Source of the DNA: a virus
Lineage: Duplodnaviria; Caudoviricetes
Direction: 5' to 3' (one strand)
Virus record (IMG/VR): IMGVR_UViG_3300037882_000418
Coordinates: 1 to 54,438 of that record
DNA length: 54,438 nt
Below the pieces are notes generated by a model that did not search any database, was not told the DNA's origin, and saw only the letters and a program-made list of their open reading frames with translations. Positions 35,988 through 46,733 of this stretch are shown piece after piece; position 1 is the first letter of the stretch; each line of letters begins with the position of its first letter. A program made the position numbers and the translations under genes.

Positions 35988-36725
35988 TTAATCATTCGAG
36001 AAGACTTTTTGAGTCTTCATTTGCATATACTCTGGAGATTCAATTATACCTGCAGCAATTTGAACCGCTATGTCTACTAATTCTGTATGAATTAAGTCAG
36101 GTAATTCACAATTTTGTTGTGGATAAACAATTCCGTCTATATATGCATATCCTCCATAATTTATTCTAGAGGGTTTCTTTAAGTAATTTAACCTAACTGA
36201 TATAATTTGCATTGTATCTGGATAGATATAAATTGAACTTCTACTAAAATCATTGGTAGATATATTAGATGCTCTACCGAAATTAAATAGTATTTCTGAT
36301 TTATCGGATTTATTAAACGGATCCTTTAAAGGATCACTAAAATCATCGTGAGATATTAGTTTTAAATCAGCTAATTTAACACAATCGTTGACCAACACTT
36401 TTACTTGTCCAGAAGCAAATATCCAGTAAGGATATGCTAAAGTAGATAAGTTAATCTCATATATATTGTTATCTAATATAGTAGGAATTAATTCAGGTTG
36501 AATAGGATATTTAATTAATAAAGAAGATAAATCATCAATCCTTTTTTGAGTAGTTTCAAAAGCTGTACCTGTAGTATTTGTACCTTGGTAGTATCTTTTT
36601 ATGATTACGTTTTGAGCCTCATTTAAAAGCCAATCAACTTCAGCAACACTAAAATCTCTTTTAGTTTGCGTTGCTATCTTATCTAATTTTAAATCAAAAT
36701 CAAAGTGTTGTTCTAAAACAGTCAT
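35988..36725 (-). CDS. Head-tail ring/adaptor protein (gp74-like)
   Basis: DK......F...EVDWLLNEAQ, FETTQKRIDDL, YLKKP and CELPD..H.ELVDIAV motifs; gene order. Confidence 0.75.
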   Translation of the reverse strand: MTVLEQHFDFDLKLDKIATQTKRDFSVAEVDWLLNEAQNVIIKRYYQGTNTTGTAFETTQKRIDDLSSLLIKYPIQPELIPTILDNNIYEINLSTLAYPYWIFASGQVKVLVNDCVKLADLKLISHDDFSDPLKDPFNKSDKSEILFNFGRASNISTNDFSRSSIYIYPDTMQIISVRLNYLKKPSRINYGGYAYIDGIVYPQQNCELPDLIHTELVDIAVQIAAGIIESPEYMQMKTQKVFSND

Positions 36726-36727
36726 AA

Positions 36728-37690
36728 TTATTTTCTTAAATCTATTTCAGCTTTCAAATCGTCTATTAAAGCTGCTTTCTTAGGATTCATAAAGAAGTCA
36801 ATTGCTTCTGAGTAGTTTTCTCCAATAGTTATTACTCCTGTTGGTCGAGGCCAAGTGTAAGCTCCTTGTTTTTCAAATATAGCCCTAGTATCTATAGCTA
36901 ACTTTAATAAGAATCTTGCTTCTAAGTTTTCTCTACCTACTGGTGTTTTTAGCTGTACTGTAACTTCATTAAACTTATCTATGTTAGAACCCGGATCAAA
37001 TGTGCTATTATTAACAAATTCAAACAGTAGATTACCTACTTGTTCTTGAGTTAGGTTAGAAGTTGCTGAACATAATCCAAGAATTGCGGCAATCTTAAAT
37101 TTCATTGTAGGAGTCATATCCTCTCTATGAAGTTGCGCAATAGCTTTAGATTTCATTTCATTCTTAGAGAATTTAATCTCTTCAGATTCATTTTCTAGCG
37201 CAATATAGTGAGTAGCTTTAGGCCATTTATGCTCTCTTAATTCTTTTTCAGAATTAGCTATTCGTGAAGCTTCTAGAAATACGTAATAACCTAATTCGTC
37301 ATCCATATTATCTAGGTCTAAACAAGTAGAACCATCCTTAAGTACCCAAGTTTTTTCCATATAGTAAGACAAGTCAGATAACTTCATACCTTTTCTATAT
37401 GGTCTATTATGTAAATAACCTTTAGGTAAATTCCACTTTTGTTCCATTTTATCTTGCATAGTAAGTGGTTTACCATCTTTATCTACTTTTTGTGTTCCTG
37501 TTTTTTCATCTATCCAAGGTTTATATAACCCAGTGGCTAAACCACCTACCTTTGGATTTTCTAAGCACTGAAGTTTATCAGTAGCTTTACCTATTTTATT
37601 TTTCTTTAAATTGACATTAGAATCGCCATGTATCCACTTATCTAGACCTACAGCAGATGGACGATGGATTGAGTATATAAAAACTTTCAT
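36728..37690 (-). CDS. Conserved crAss-like protein (gp75-like)
   Basis: Immediately downstream of the MCP; LDL...DEL.Y...IANS motif. Confidence 0.7.
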   Translation of the reverse strand: MKVFIYSIHRPSAVGLDKWIHGDSNVNLKKNKIGKATDKLQCLENPKVGGLATGLYKPWIDEKTGTQKVDKDGKPLTMQDKMEQKWNLPKGYLHNRPYRKGMKLSDLSYYMEKTWVLKDGSTCLDLDNMDDELGYYVFLEASRIANSEKELREHKWPKATHYIALENESEEIKFSKNEMKSKAIAQLHREDMTPTMKFKIAAILGLCSATSNLTQEQVGNLLFEFVNNSTFDPGSNIDKFNEVTVQLKTPVGRENLEARFLLKLAIDTRAIFEKQGAYTWPRPTGVITIGENYSEAIDFFMNPKKAALIDDLKAEIDLRK

Positions 37691-37795
37691 AATCTATATT
37701 TATAGTATTTGTTTTACTTCTGTTAACCTATGGGTAACAAATTTTGTTGCTCGATTATTTTAATTATGTATGCGCCAGATAACCATCATATAAGG

Positions 37796-37822
37796 ATTAG
37801 GGATACAAATAGTATCCCTAAT
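37796..37822 (-). terminator. Hairpin downstream of the MCP (terminator or stabilizer)
   Basis: Perfect inverted repeat ATTAGGGATAC-AAATA-GTATCCCTAAT. Confidence 0.6.
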
Positions 37823-37856
37823 TCACTTATATTGATTCTATTTCGCATTTAGATTA

Positions 37857-39329
37857 TTAATATTCGTAATCGTATATTAATTCTCCGCAAGATGTTGGGT
37901 CAATAACCACGATACCGTGAGTACCACCTGTAGCTACTTCGTAACCATCAATCAAACCACCAAATTGACCGCTAGTGATAGGGCCGTTAGGAGTATGAGT
38001 ACCAGCTACGTAACCATACTTGTAAGTATTAGCTACTTGTAACTGCATGATATTGTTGTTAGCACCACGAGTACCAAAATCTAAGAAAGTGATCCTTTGA
38101 GAATCAACTGGAAGATTTGGATATTGTGGGTGCATACGAGAGCAATACCTTGTATCATCATACATTTTATTGGTAATCATAGTTACTTCTAAGCCTTGTG
38201 GGCCTTGGTAGTGAGTAAATTGAGCACCATAGCTCAGGTGTCTTGGGCTATTTTTAATTTTTTCTGTAAAGTTAGTATCTACTGTTAGGTAACCAGAATA
38301 CTCATTAGCAAGCATATCGTGGAATGCGTATGCACCTACTGTACCAGAAATACCAATCATTTTACGATCTACTTCGTCGGTACGAGTAACAAGAATATCC
38401 ATAAGGTAATCCCTCATACGATTTACGGTAAGAGCACCATTATACGTTTCTGTCCAAGAATCTTTAAGTTGTTCACGTAAACCCGGGCCTGTTTTTTTCC
38501 AGTAGGAATCGGCTCCTGGTTTAGTTTGTTTTTTACCTAGTATAGACTGAACTTCCATACCACGAACTAGGTTCCAGTTCATCTGAGCTTCCATGTAAGG
38601 GAGGAACTTAGTGTACTGTTTTTTGTTGCCCATTTCGTCTTCTACACGGAAATCAAAAGCAAGTTTACCTTGATCCCTCCAAGCTTTGTCTGTAACAGTG
38701 TATTTTTCAGCAAATGCACCAATTTGAGATTCGAGTTCAAAAGAACCCGGGAACATTTGAGTACCATATTCTTTATTGAATTCAGACTGAACAGTTGTCC
38801 AAGCTTTGTTGAAATTCTTACCCGATTCTAACATAGAAGAAGGTACATATACAGAAGGATTATCTCCTTGAATTAACACTGTATAGATAGAGCCACCACC
38901 GTAAGGAGTTGGGCCGTCTACTAATTGGAGTGGGTATTCGTTGTCTTCACCCAATAATACGTCTGGACGCATGTGGAAATCGTTATCCACCCAGATACGG
39001 AAAGTTGTACCATTAAGACCTTTCAGTGTGTTAGATGGATCTGGATCACCCAAAGAGATAGTAGCTTTATAATCAGCACCTTCTAATTTCCACCTAAATA
39101 CTTCTGTGTCAATAGTCATTTTAGACCCGCCTACTTTTGCACCAGTTAAAGCCATAATAAGGTTATTAGACCAGAACCTAGATGTAGAAGAGAAAATACG
39201 AGTCATCGTGTTTTGTAGCATATGAGGCTTGCCAGTGTCGAAAGAAGCACCTAAGTATTGTGAATTAACAAAGTTGCCACCTCCACCTTGGAAATGCCTA
39301 ATAACTAACGAATTTCTTGATAATGCCAT
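37857..39329 (-). CDS. Major capsid protein (crAss-like HK97 fold)
   Basis: 490 aa; FRWKL, GLNGTTFRIW, GPGLREQL and HPQYP..P.DS.R.TFLDF motifs; order terminase-portal-scaffold-MCP. Confidence 0.9.
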   Translation of the reverse strand: MALSRNSLVIRHFQGGGGNFVNSQYLGASFDTGKPHMLQNTMTRIFSSTSRFWSNNLIMALTGAKVGGSKMTIDTEVFRWKLEGADYKATISLGDPDPSNTLKGLNGTTFRIWVDNDFHMRPDVLLGEDNEYPLQLVDGPTPYGGGSIYTVLIQGDNPSVYVPSSMLESGKNFNKAWTTVQSEFNKEYGTQMFPGSFELESQIGAFAEKYTVTDKAWRDQGKLAFDFRVEDEMGNKKQYTKFLPYMEAQMNWNLVRGMEVQSILGKKQTKPGADSYWKKTGPGLREQLKDSWTETYNGALTVNRMRDYLMDILVTRTDEVDRKMIGISGTVGAYAFHDMLANEYSGYLTVDTNFTEKIKNSPRHLSYGAQFTHYQGPQGLEVTMITNKMYDDTRYCSRMHPQYPNLPVDSQRITFLDFGTRGANNNIMQLQVANTYKYGYVAGTHTPNGPITSGQFGGLIDGYEVATGGTHGIVVIDPTSCGELIYDYEY

Positions 39330-39358
39330 TTTTTGTTAGTAGTATATATTATAATTAA

Positions 39359-40504
39359 TTAATCATTTAATAAGAATGCTTCTATATCAAAAGAGTCTTT
39401 AGTAGTCTTAGAAGCTGATCCTTTCAAGTTTGTTTTGGAATTAGCATCGAAAGCAGCCAATTTCTCTTTGAGACTTAAAGTTGCTTTGGAAGCTGCTTTT
39501 GAATTAACAGCTTTTAATGTAAATCCTTCTTTTGGATTATAGTTATCCAGAAAAAATTCTGCTAATTGCGCCAAATGAGCTGTATTGTTAATAGCAGAGT
39601 TTAGATACATATTTAATTGTGTGTCTTGTTTATCTCCTATTTTTAAAGTATTGAAAATAAAAGCTTTTACTTTTCCTCTTTTAGTAGTATCAGTAACATT
39701 TTCATCTATAACCGAAATTATAGAATCTCGTCTTTCTTTACTTCTCCTTTCATTTTCTTCAATCTCAGCATCTCTTTCAGCCAATAGTTTATCTCTGTTG
39801 GCGTTTTCTATTTTTTGTAGCTCCTCTAAAGTAGAAGCTGCTTCAGCTTCCAGTTCTCCAGAAGCTTGTAATCTATCTACAAACTTTGCTATTCTTTCAT
39901 CTGAATGAGGAGTAGTTTGTTTGTAGTATTGAGTAACAACGTATCGTTGATTTTCTGCTGAAGAAGTTATATCTATATCTTGTAAAGACACTGATTTAAA
40001 AGTATCTAAATAAGTTTTAATATCCCCTCCTTTTACAGCGTATGATAAACCTTGCTGCCACTCTTCTGGTAATCTTTCCCAAAATGCTGTGAATATCGCT
40101 TTTTGTTGATTTACCTTAGTCTGTTCTATGACTGCTTCTAAATCTTCTAAAGTATTAGAGAATTTAAAATCTTCATCTGGTTGTAATATACCCTCTTCTG
40201 ATAAAACATTGTATAGTGCAGAATAGTCTACTCCGCTTGAAGTATTATCTGCAGGATCATCATCATTCCCATTAGAAGAATTATTAGCATTAGATGTATC
40301 TAAGTCATCATCTCCATCAGAATCATCCCTTTTGTTCTGATCTTTATTATCAAGATTATCTAAGGCATCATCTGAGTTATTATCTTTGTTATCAGGATTA
40401 GTATTAGTAGGTACATTTGAATCTAAGGAGGTTTTACCCTCCCCAGACTCAAAGTCTATCAAATCCTCAAATCCTAAGTCGTCGTCGTAATTGTCAATTA
40501 ACAT
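39359..40504 (-). CDS. Scaffolding-like protein (gp77-like)
   Basis: D/N-rich disordered N-terminus and helical C-terminus; located between portal and MCP. Confidence 0.75.
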   Translation of the reverse strand: MLIDNYDDDLGFEDLIDFESGEGKTSLDSNVPTNTNPDNKDNNSDDALDNLDNKDQNKRDDSDGDDDLDTSNANNSSNGNDDDPADNTSSGVDYSALYNVLSEEGILQPDEDFKFSNTLEDLEAVIEQTKVNQQKAIFTAFWERLPEEWQQGLSYAVKGGDIKTYLDTFKSVSLQDIDITSSAENQRYVVTQYYKQTTPHSDERIAKFVDRLQASGELEAEAASTLEELQKIENANRDKLLAERDAEIEENERRSKERRDSIISVIDENVTDTTKRGKVKAFIFNTLKIGDKQDTQLNMYLNSAINNTAHLAQLAEFFLDNYNPKEGFTLKAVNSKAASKATLSLKEKLAAFDANSKTNLKGSASKTTKDSFDIEAFLLND

Positions 40505-40557
40505 GTAAAATTATATATTTTGAAGTGTATTTAGTAATAAGATGCTACTACTGAAAA

Positions 40558-42981
40558 TTATTTTGGGGTTTTACTCACCTTTGATGCTTTAATCCGAGCT
40601 AATTTTTCTGCAGATTCTCGATCTTTTTTATTTTCTTCAGTTTCATGTTGCATCTGTTCTTTTTTGATAGTAATATCTGCTTTTAATTTTTCTAGTTCCA
40701 TGATGTCTGGAACTTCATTATCGTTTATATCTGTATCCTCTGCCCAAGATAAAGCTTTAATCATTTCTCTTTCTTTAGCAGCAGCATCTTTTTGAGCTTG
40801 TAATTCTTTTGCATGTTGAAACTCTTGAGCTTTCATTTGCTGGGCCATCATAGAAGCTTGTTTTTGAGATTCTTGTTGTGCTCTAATTTGTTCTAATTGC
40901 TCTTGTTGTGCTTTGGATTCGGATTTTAAAATATCTATTTCTAATTCCCTAGCTGAAGTGCCTTTTAGTATCTTGATAATATCTGTAAGTTTAGCTTTAT
41001 CATTCTGCAATAAAGGTTGAGCCAAGTTTTGTAGTTGTTCAAATAATCTAGTATCTTTTGTAGCATTAGATATGAATAATCCTAAGTCACAATTAACTAA
41101 TGAATCAGATGGTATCTCTAAAGTTTGTAAAGACAAATCATCTAGTACATATTGTTTAGTTATAGATTTATTTTGATACGCTACCTGCGCACACTGAATT
41201 AAAGAGTTTAATACATTCTCCCATAACAAATCATGGGGTTTCATATAGACAGCCTCTATAATATTAGAAGACATGGCTATGTCAGACTGTGCATTAGTTA
41301 CTGCTTGATTAGTAGGTGTTTGACCCTCAGCTCCTCTAGGAATACCAGCTACATCATTAATCTGTTCATCTAGTAAAGCTAACGATTGAAAATAAGCTAA
41401 TATCTGTTGAATATTAGATCTATCTACAGCTCCACTTACTTTACCACCTCGTTGATGAGCACCCGGTCTTTCTGCATTTTGTAAAGGATTATAAAAGTCA
41501 TAATCCATTTCTTCTAAATAGTATAAAGTCTTTTCAATTCCCATTATAGGGTCAATCATTGTAGTATCTAAAGGAAAGGTTTTTCCTTTATCTCTAGCAA
41601 TTAATCTTTTTAACTTATGACACACCATACTATAGATGTGTTGAAACGGTTTCATACGTTGCACTATAGATATAGCTGGAGCATTAGTATTAGAATATAC
41701 TAACCCGTGATAACCTAATTTTACTTTATATGGGTTATCTACTGACCTATATTGATACTTTTTAGGACCAATACAGCAATAAATATTCTCTCCTATTTTA
41801 ACACCTTCCCATACTTCAGGGATATACCCCCACTCTAACGAATAATTATCCCAAACATACTCTGTAATAGTCTCCCCATAATGACCTTTAGAAGTAATAA
41901 TCTCTGCATAAGGAGGTATTACCAAATCTTCAGACACCATCATAGTTTCCTCTCCATTTTCTTTTAAGAAACCTATTCTTTTTTGACTTACCCACTCTAC
42001 ATGAGTAACTTCTATATCATCCATTCTAAATGGGGAATAGGAACCAGCAGGAGCATTTAATCCGTATTCTTGTTCTAGTTCTGCTTTAAAGAATAAATCG
42101 GTAGGGTGGTCATCTCTAGTATTAGAACCAGAATACATTTGCTCTAATCTTTCTACATCAGACTTCGACAAGAATTTAGCAAACTTATCTAATACATCCC
42201 CTATAGTTAATTTAGTTTTATACCCAGCATACATACCGTCTTCTACATATTTAACATCTGCAGATTTATGATAAAATACACCTAAAGGATTTAATATAAC
42301 TGTAACAGGTTCATTATTTTCTATACCTACCCAGACATGCTCTTCTCCAGAGATTAGCCCGTGTTTAAATGAATCATTCTTCTTATCTATTAATCTTTCT
42401 TTCTTTAAAAGAAATTGCATTAATTGGTTAGCCAATCTCTCTTTAGCGTCCATGTAAGTATAGGTCATATACTCCTCTATAGCCTCTAAAGACTTAGAAG
42501 GCTGTTGTTGCTCTTGCCCCTGTTGTTGAGGTGGCTCTACTTGTGCATAATTTTGAGTTACATAATTCTCTACGAATTCAGAAAGTAATTTCTTTTTAAA
42601 TTCTAATTTAGATTTAATTCCATCAGAGTTTACTAAAACTACTTTATAGTTAAATGCTCTTTTATATTCTTGCCCAAGTAACCAGTTTATTTTATTAGGT
42701 ATTTTATTGTAAGCTTTTATTTCGTCTTTATATTGACCTACCTCTATACCTAAAGCATTACAGTCAGCTTCAAATTCTGTCTGATCTATAACATTATTAT
42801 ACAGTAAATAAGAATTCAACATTTGAGAATGCCTAGAATCTTTTACTTTAGATTCAGTATTAAACAATGTATATGAATCCCTAATTACATAGTCTATAGT
42901 TCTTTTTGCCCACTTAAAGTCGTCTTTGATTTTTTCTTTAAACGAAAGCCGCTGCTGTGGAAACACCAAATTTGTGTCCAT
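40558..42981 (-). CDS. Portal protein
   Basis: 807 aa; FPQQRLS..EK, YNKIPNKI..LLG.E, EVWEGVKIG and MKPFQ..Y motifs; Q-rich coiled-coil tail. Confidence 0.9.
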   Translation of the reverse strand: MDTNLVFPQQRLSFKEKIKDDFKWAKRTIDYVIRDSYTLFNTESKVKDSRHSQMLNSYLLYNNVIDQTEFEADCNALGIEVGQYKDEIKAYNKIPNKINWLLGQEYKRAFNYKVVLVNSDGIKSKLEFKKKLLSEFVENYVTQNYAQVEPPQQQGQEQQQPSKSLEAIEEYMTYTYMDAKERLANQLMQFLLKKERLIDKKNDSFKHGLISGEEHVWVGIENNEPVTVILNPLGVFYHKSADVKYVEDGMYAGYKTKLTIGDVLDKFAKFLSKSDVERLEQMYSGSNTRDDHPTDLFFKAELEQEYGLNAPAGSYSPFRMDDIEVTHVEWVSQKRIGFLKENGEETMMVSEDLVIPPYAEIITSKGHYGETITEYVWDNYSLEWGYIPEVWEGVKIGENIYCCIGPKKYQYRSVDNPYKVKLGYHGLVYSNTNAPAISIVQRMKPFQHIYSMVCHKLKRLIARDKGKTFPLDTTMIDPIMGIEKTLYYLEEMDYDFYNPLQNAERPGAHQRGGKVSGAVDRSNIQQILAYFQSLALLDEQINDVAGIPRGAEGQTPTNQAVTNAQSDIAMSSNIIEAVYMKPHDLLWENVLNSLIQCAQVAYQNKSITKQYVLDDLSLQTLEIPSDSLVNCDLGLFISNATKDTRLFEQLQNLAQPLLQNDKAKLTDIIKILKGTSARELEIDILKSESKAQQEQLEQIRAQQESQKQASMMAQQMKAQEFQHAKELQAQKDAAAKEREMIKALSWAEDTDINDNEVPDIMELEKLKADITIKKEQMQHETEENKKDRESAEKLARIKASKVSKTPK

Positions 42982-45900
42982 TATTATTAAATATTTTTTT
43001 ATTATTAGCTAAAAAAGATTCTATCTCTTTTTCAATTTTATCTGGTTCAGTAATTATCGAGACATATTGGTTGTGAGTTTCATTTAGACCTATAATACAC
43101 CCCATAAGACTCATTATAGCGTCAAAGTTACCGTCTAAGTTAAATGCTATAAGTTGTTTTATTGTGTATTTACACCTTAATTTATGAAGATTTCTTATTA
43201 CCCTATCCCCATCTAATCCTCTTTCTTCTAGTAACCAATCTCTTAAATAGTTTATACCTTCTAATTTCATACCTCTAGAAGACATGGGGTAACCATAAAC
43301 TAAACTTGGATTACTAGAAAAACTTGCTTTTTTAGTTAGAACAGTTTGAGGAGCATGAGCAAGTAAATCTAATCTTTTAATCTTTTCAAAATACTCTTTT
43401 GTATTTCCCCTTACATTTTCAAAGTATATTTTAGCACTACCATAAAATAAAGACAATTTAAATAGAGTTTCGTTTACTACATGTCGTCCTTGCCACGGTC
43501 TTGCAAAGTAAGTAGCTACAATCTCATCGTGTCCTATTTTAGTACCATATTTTTTAGTTTTTATGACGTGTATAGCACTTAACGAATCTCCAGAGGGATC
43601 ATCAATAGCTTGAGGGTCATGTCCTATTAAGTAAGCTCCTTCAGGAATACAGCCATCTACAAATTGAGGAAACTCATAAATAACGACTGCACCTTCTTTA
43701 GAAGACCCCTTCCAAGGAAAATCATTAATAGGCATTAATACCTTATCAACATCTATTTTATAATTAACTCCATTATATTCAGGAGATTTAGGGTCAAAAT
43801 ATAACTGTACAGGAATTTCTAAAGTATCCCAAGCTTTTTTATTTTCTAATTCTGCTAATACTTCTCTAAGTTCTATGATAGGCATTATTGCCCCATCTTT
43901 AGATAAAAATATTTCAGAAGGTTTTAGTGGTCTATAAACTATTTCCGCTTCTAATAGAGCTGAAGAACCTTTTGAATTCCTTAACTTAGCTCTATCTTGT
44001 TCAAGTTGTTTTATAGCAGGTTCTTTAATAGTATTACCATTCTCATCTTTAAACTTATTAAGACCTTTGTAAGCTGGGATAAAATAACCTATTCTGCCTC
44101 TAAATTCCCACTCATCATCAAATGATAGACAATCATAAGTTTCAGGCTCATAGAATATTTTCTGTACATCCACTGTACCTGAGTCCATGTCCCCACCAGT
44201 ATTATGTGTTATAAATCCATTTGCTAAATAAGTATGAGAATTATCTGTAGTTATATTATATACGTCTTGTTCTCCAATATCTGTAATTTTAGTTATGGAT
44301 ACTGATTTAGTATTATAGATATTAGAACATTCATAGTTTCCTATTTCACTAGGTACATAAGTAAGAGTTTTTCTATTCCAAAGTTTTTTAGGAGTAAATA
44401 ATTCTACTTTATCCAAAGCATCTTGCTTATGATTACATTTTAAAGCGAATGATTTTTTAAACTGAAATACATCCTCATATTTTGATATGTACAGTCTATA
44501 TATAGGTTCATTGGATTTATACCCATTTTTTCTAAATTCCTTCCTAATCGCACAATGTATCCCATATTTTAATAATAGGTACTTCATTTGATTAAGTAAA
44601 AATAAAGAAATAGAAGTTAATGTAACTTGTACATATTTATTTTTCTTTATACCTACATTTCCATCTGCATCAAAGTAACCACTAATAAATTGAGATAAAG
44701 TCTCTTTGTTAAACATATGTATGTTTCTAGGAAAACATTTATCTAATTTAGATTTACCTTCTAAATTTTCAGATTTAACTAGATTCACTATGTTCTTAAC
44801 ATAGTAAGATTTGAATCCGGTTTTTTCATTATATGTTTTTGTAGTTACTTGATAATTAGATTCAAAATAATCTTGTAATTCTTTTTCTAACACAGAGATT
44901 TCTATTCCGCCATGTTTATAAAAATATCCGTCCCCTACTGAGTAACCTAGTAAATAAGCATCTTTATTTTCTAAAGTTCCAAATATTGGAACTTCATTAG
45001 CTAATAGTAATCTATCAGTTAATTTTATATCTTTAGCTAATTTAAAAGTAGCAATAGATTTTTTTGATTCTCTAACTAAAATTGGATGATCTGTGGAACA
45101 TTCTATAAAATTATTATTGATACAATCAATTCTTACACATGGCTTTTTTTGTGGGGGATTTATATTTACTAAATCATTAGCTTCAATATGAGCACTATCA
45201 AATCCTAATATACCATCTACAAACTTAATATTTTCAATTGGAGTAATTTCTCCATATTTATTGTATACTTGAGTCCCTTTACATACGCAACCGATGAATA
45301 TAGTAGTACCAAATTTAACTTTATCTTCTGTTTGTACAGATACTAAAGCAGTATATGTCTCAATAAGATTAGGAAACATGCCTACTTCTTCTAATAAGAT
45401 TATACCTGCCCTAGAACCTTGAGCAGCAAATGGATTATCTCTAAATGTAATATTTTTGATTGTAGATTGAGAGCCTACGTATTTCCAGTTACCGCCTATT
45501 TTCTTTTTATACCTAGCAGTTATTTTAGAGCCAGATTGCCATCCACCAACATATCTCTGATAAAAAGGATGTGGGTAAGATACGCCTCCTATATCTACAG
45601 CACCCGGTAAATTCTCTATTGCTATTTTTGTCTTTACAAGTACATCATCAGAGTATTTAGCATCTGCTGCCCCTACAATTACTTCTGAAGAAGTTTTAGC
45701 TCCGGGGTCATAAGTAGTTTGCCCATTAAATAAATATTCATGTCCTACCACTCAAGAGTTCAAGTACGACTTTCCAAAATCCCTAGGCCCAAGCATACAT
45801 ATATTCTTAGATGGATTTTCATATAAAGGTCTGCCTTTATTAAACTCATGTATCTTTTCTAAATTTTCTCTAGGTGGAATATATTTCTTTAATAACCCAT

Positions 45901-46294
45901 TAGGTGCAATTACAGAGGGGTAATTTGCTACTAAGTAATCAGTAGCTTCAAATATACCAACCTCATTCATTTCCTTAACAACTATATTAGAAGTATATTC
46001 TGTATCTAATATAAACCCAGAGAACCCACGAGCTTCAGTTAAATACCGATGGTACTCTCACTCTATATCACGCAAAAGGGGCCTAGCAAAAGATTTAACT
46101 TTTGAGGCCCCTAGCGTTCTTCGTATTGTGCCAAAATTGGCATAAGAGTAGAGTTTACCCGGCATGTATTTGCCGGATACCCATTCTCCCTCAATACTTT
46201 TTCTTTTTTCTTCTCGTCAGAATGAAATATACTTATGAGATAAAGGATGATATTTAGGAATTTCTTTTAGTAAAAATTCTTCGTTACTTATCAA
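42938..46294 (-). CDS. terL: Terminase large subunit (~1118 aa including intein); three in-frame TGA (46217, 46058, 45752)
   Basis: From TTG 46294: YHP..YISF*REE...LRDIE*EY...GPRDFGKSYLNS*VVGHEY. Walker A GPRDFGKS, Walker B ILLEEVG, nuclease motifs IGHDP and GNFDAIM. Confidence 0.9.
44201..45289 (-). mobile_element. Intein (363 aa) with LAGLIDADG homing endonuclease inside terL
   Basis: IFIG|CVCKGTQV...CSTDHPIL...LLGYSVGDG...FISGYFDADG...VYNIT..HTYLANGFITHN|TGGDM; removal restores the GTGGDM motif. Confidence 0.93.
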
Positions 46295-46733
46295 GTTTTA
46301 TTTCTAACTGTTTTAAAAGTCTTCTTAATTCTGATATATTTTTTATTACTCCTTGGAATATAACTCCTTCGTAAGAATTTTGATTATAAATTATAACACT
46401 GTTTTCTTCTGGATAAAAATCTAAAAATGTATCTTTATTTATTAAATAATGAAATAAATTTTCTTTATCTTCTACAAACCCTAAAGATATAATATCATCT
46501 GAGTCTAGGTATTTAACTCTAAAGTTTTCTTTTATATAATTACCCCACTCTTCAACTTTTTGATCATATATACAACTGTATAATCCTAGGCTAAATTCTT
46601 TTATTTTTTTTCACTCTTCTGGCATAGGATAGTGATCTGAGGAAAGCTCTTGTGCAACTGTATTTATTTTAGTTTCACATTCAAACCCAACATGAAATTC
46701 AGATATATCTGGGGTATAATATTTATTAGACAT
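46284..46733 (-). CDS. Conserved crAss-like hypothetical protein (149 aa), one in-frame TGA (46611); absent from the ORF track
   Basis: [20 protein letters not shown]...EE*KK...RVKYLDSDDIISLGF...FQGVIKNISELRRLLKQL; TAATG-coupled to groEL and overlapping the terL start. Confidence 0.8.

Noticed and set aside
6945-46294. Pseudogenes or sequencing errors as the cause of the split genes
   Set aside because: Every break is TGA and in frame, with no frameshifts or TAA/TAG breaks, and a cognate UCA tRNA is encoded.
37857-46294. Self-splicing introns in MCP, portal or terminase
   Set aside because: The frames are continuous under read-through; the only insertion is the intein.
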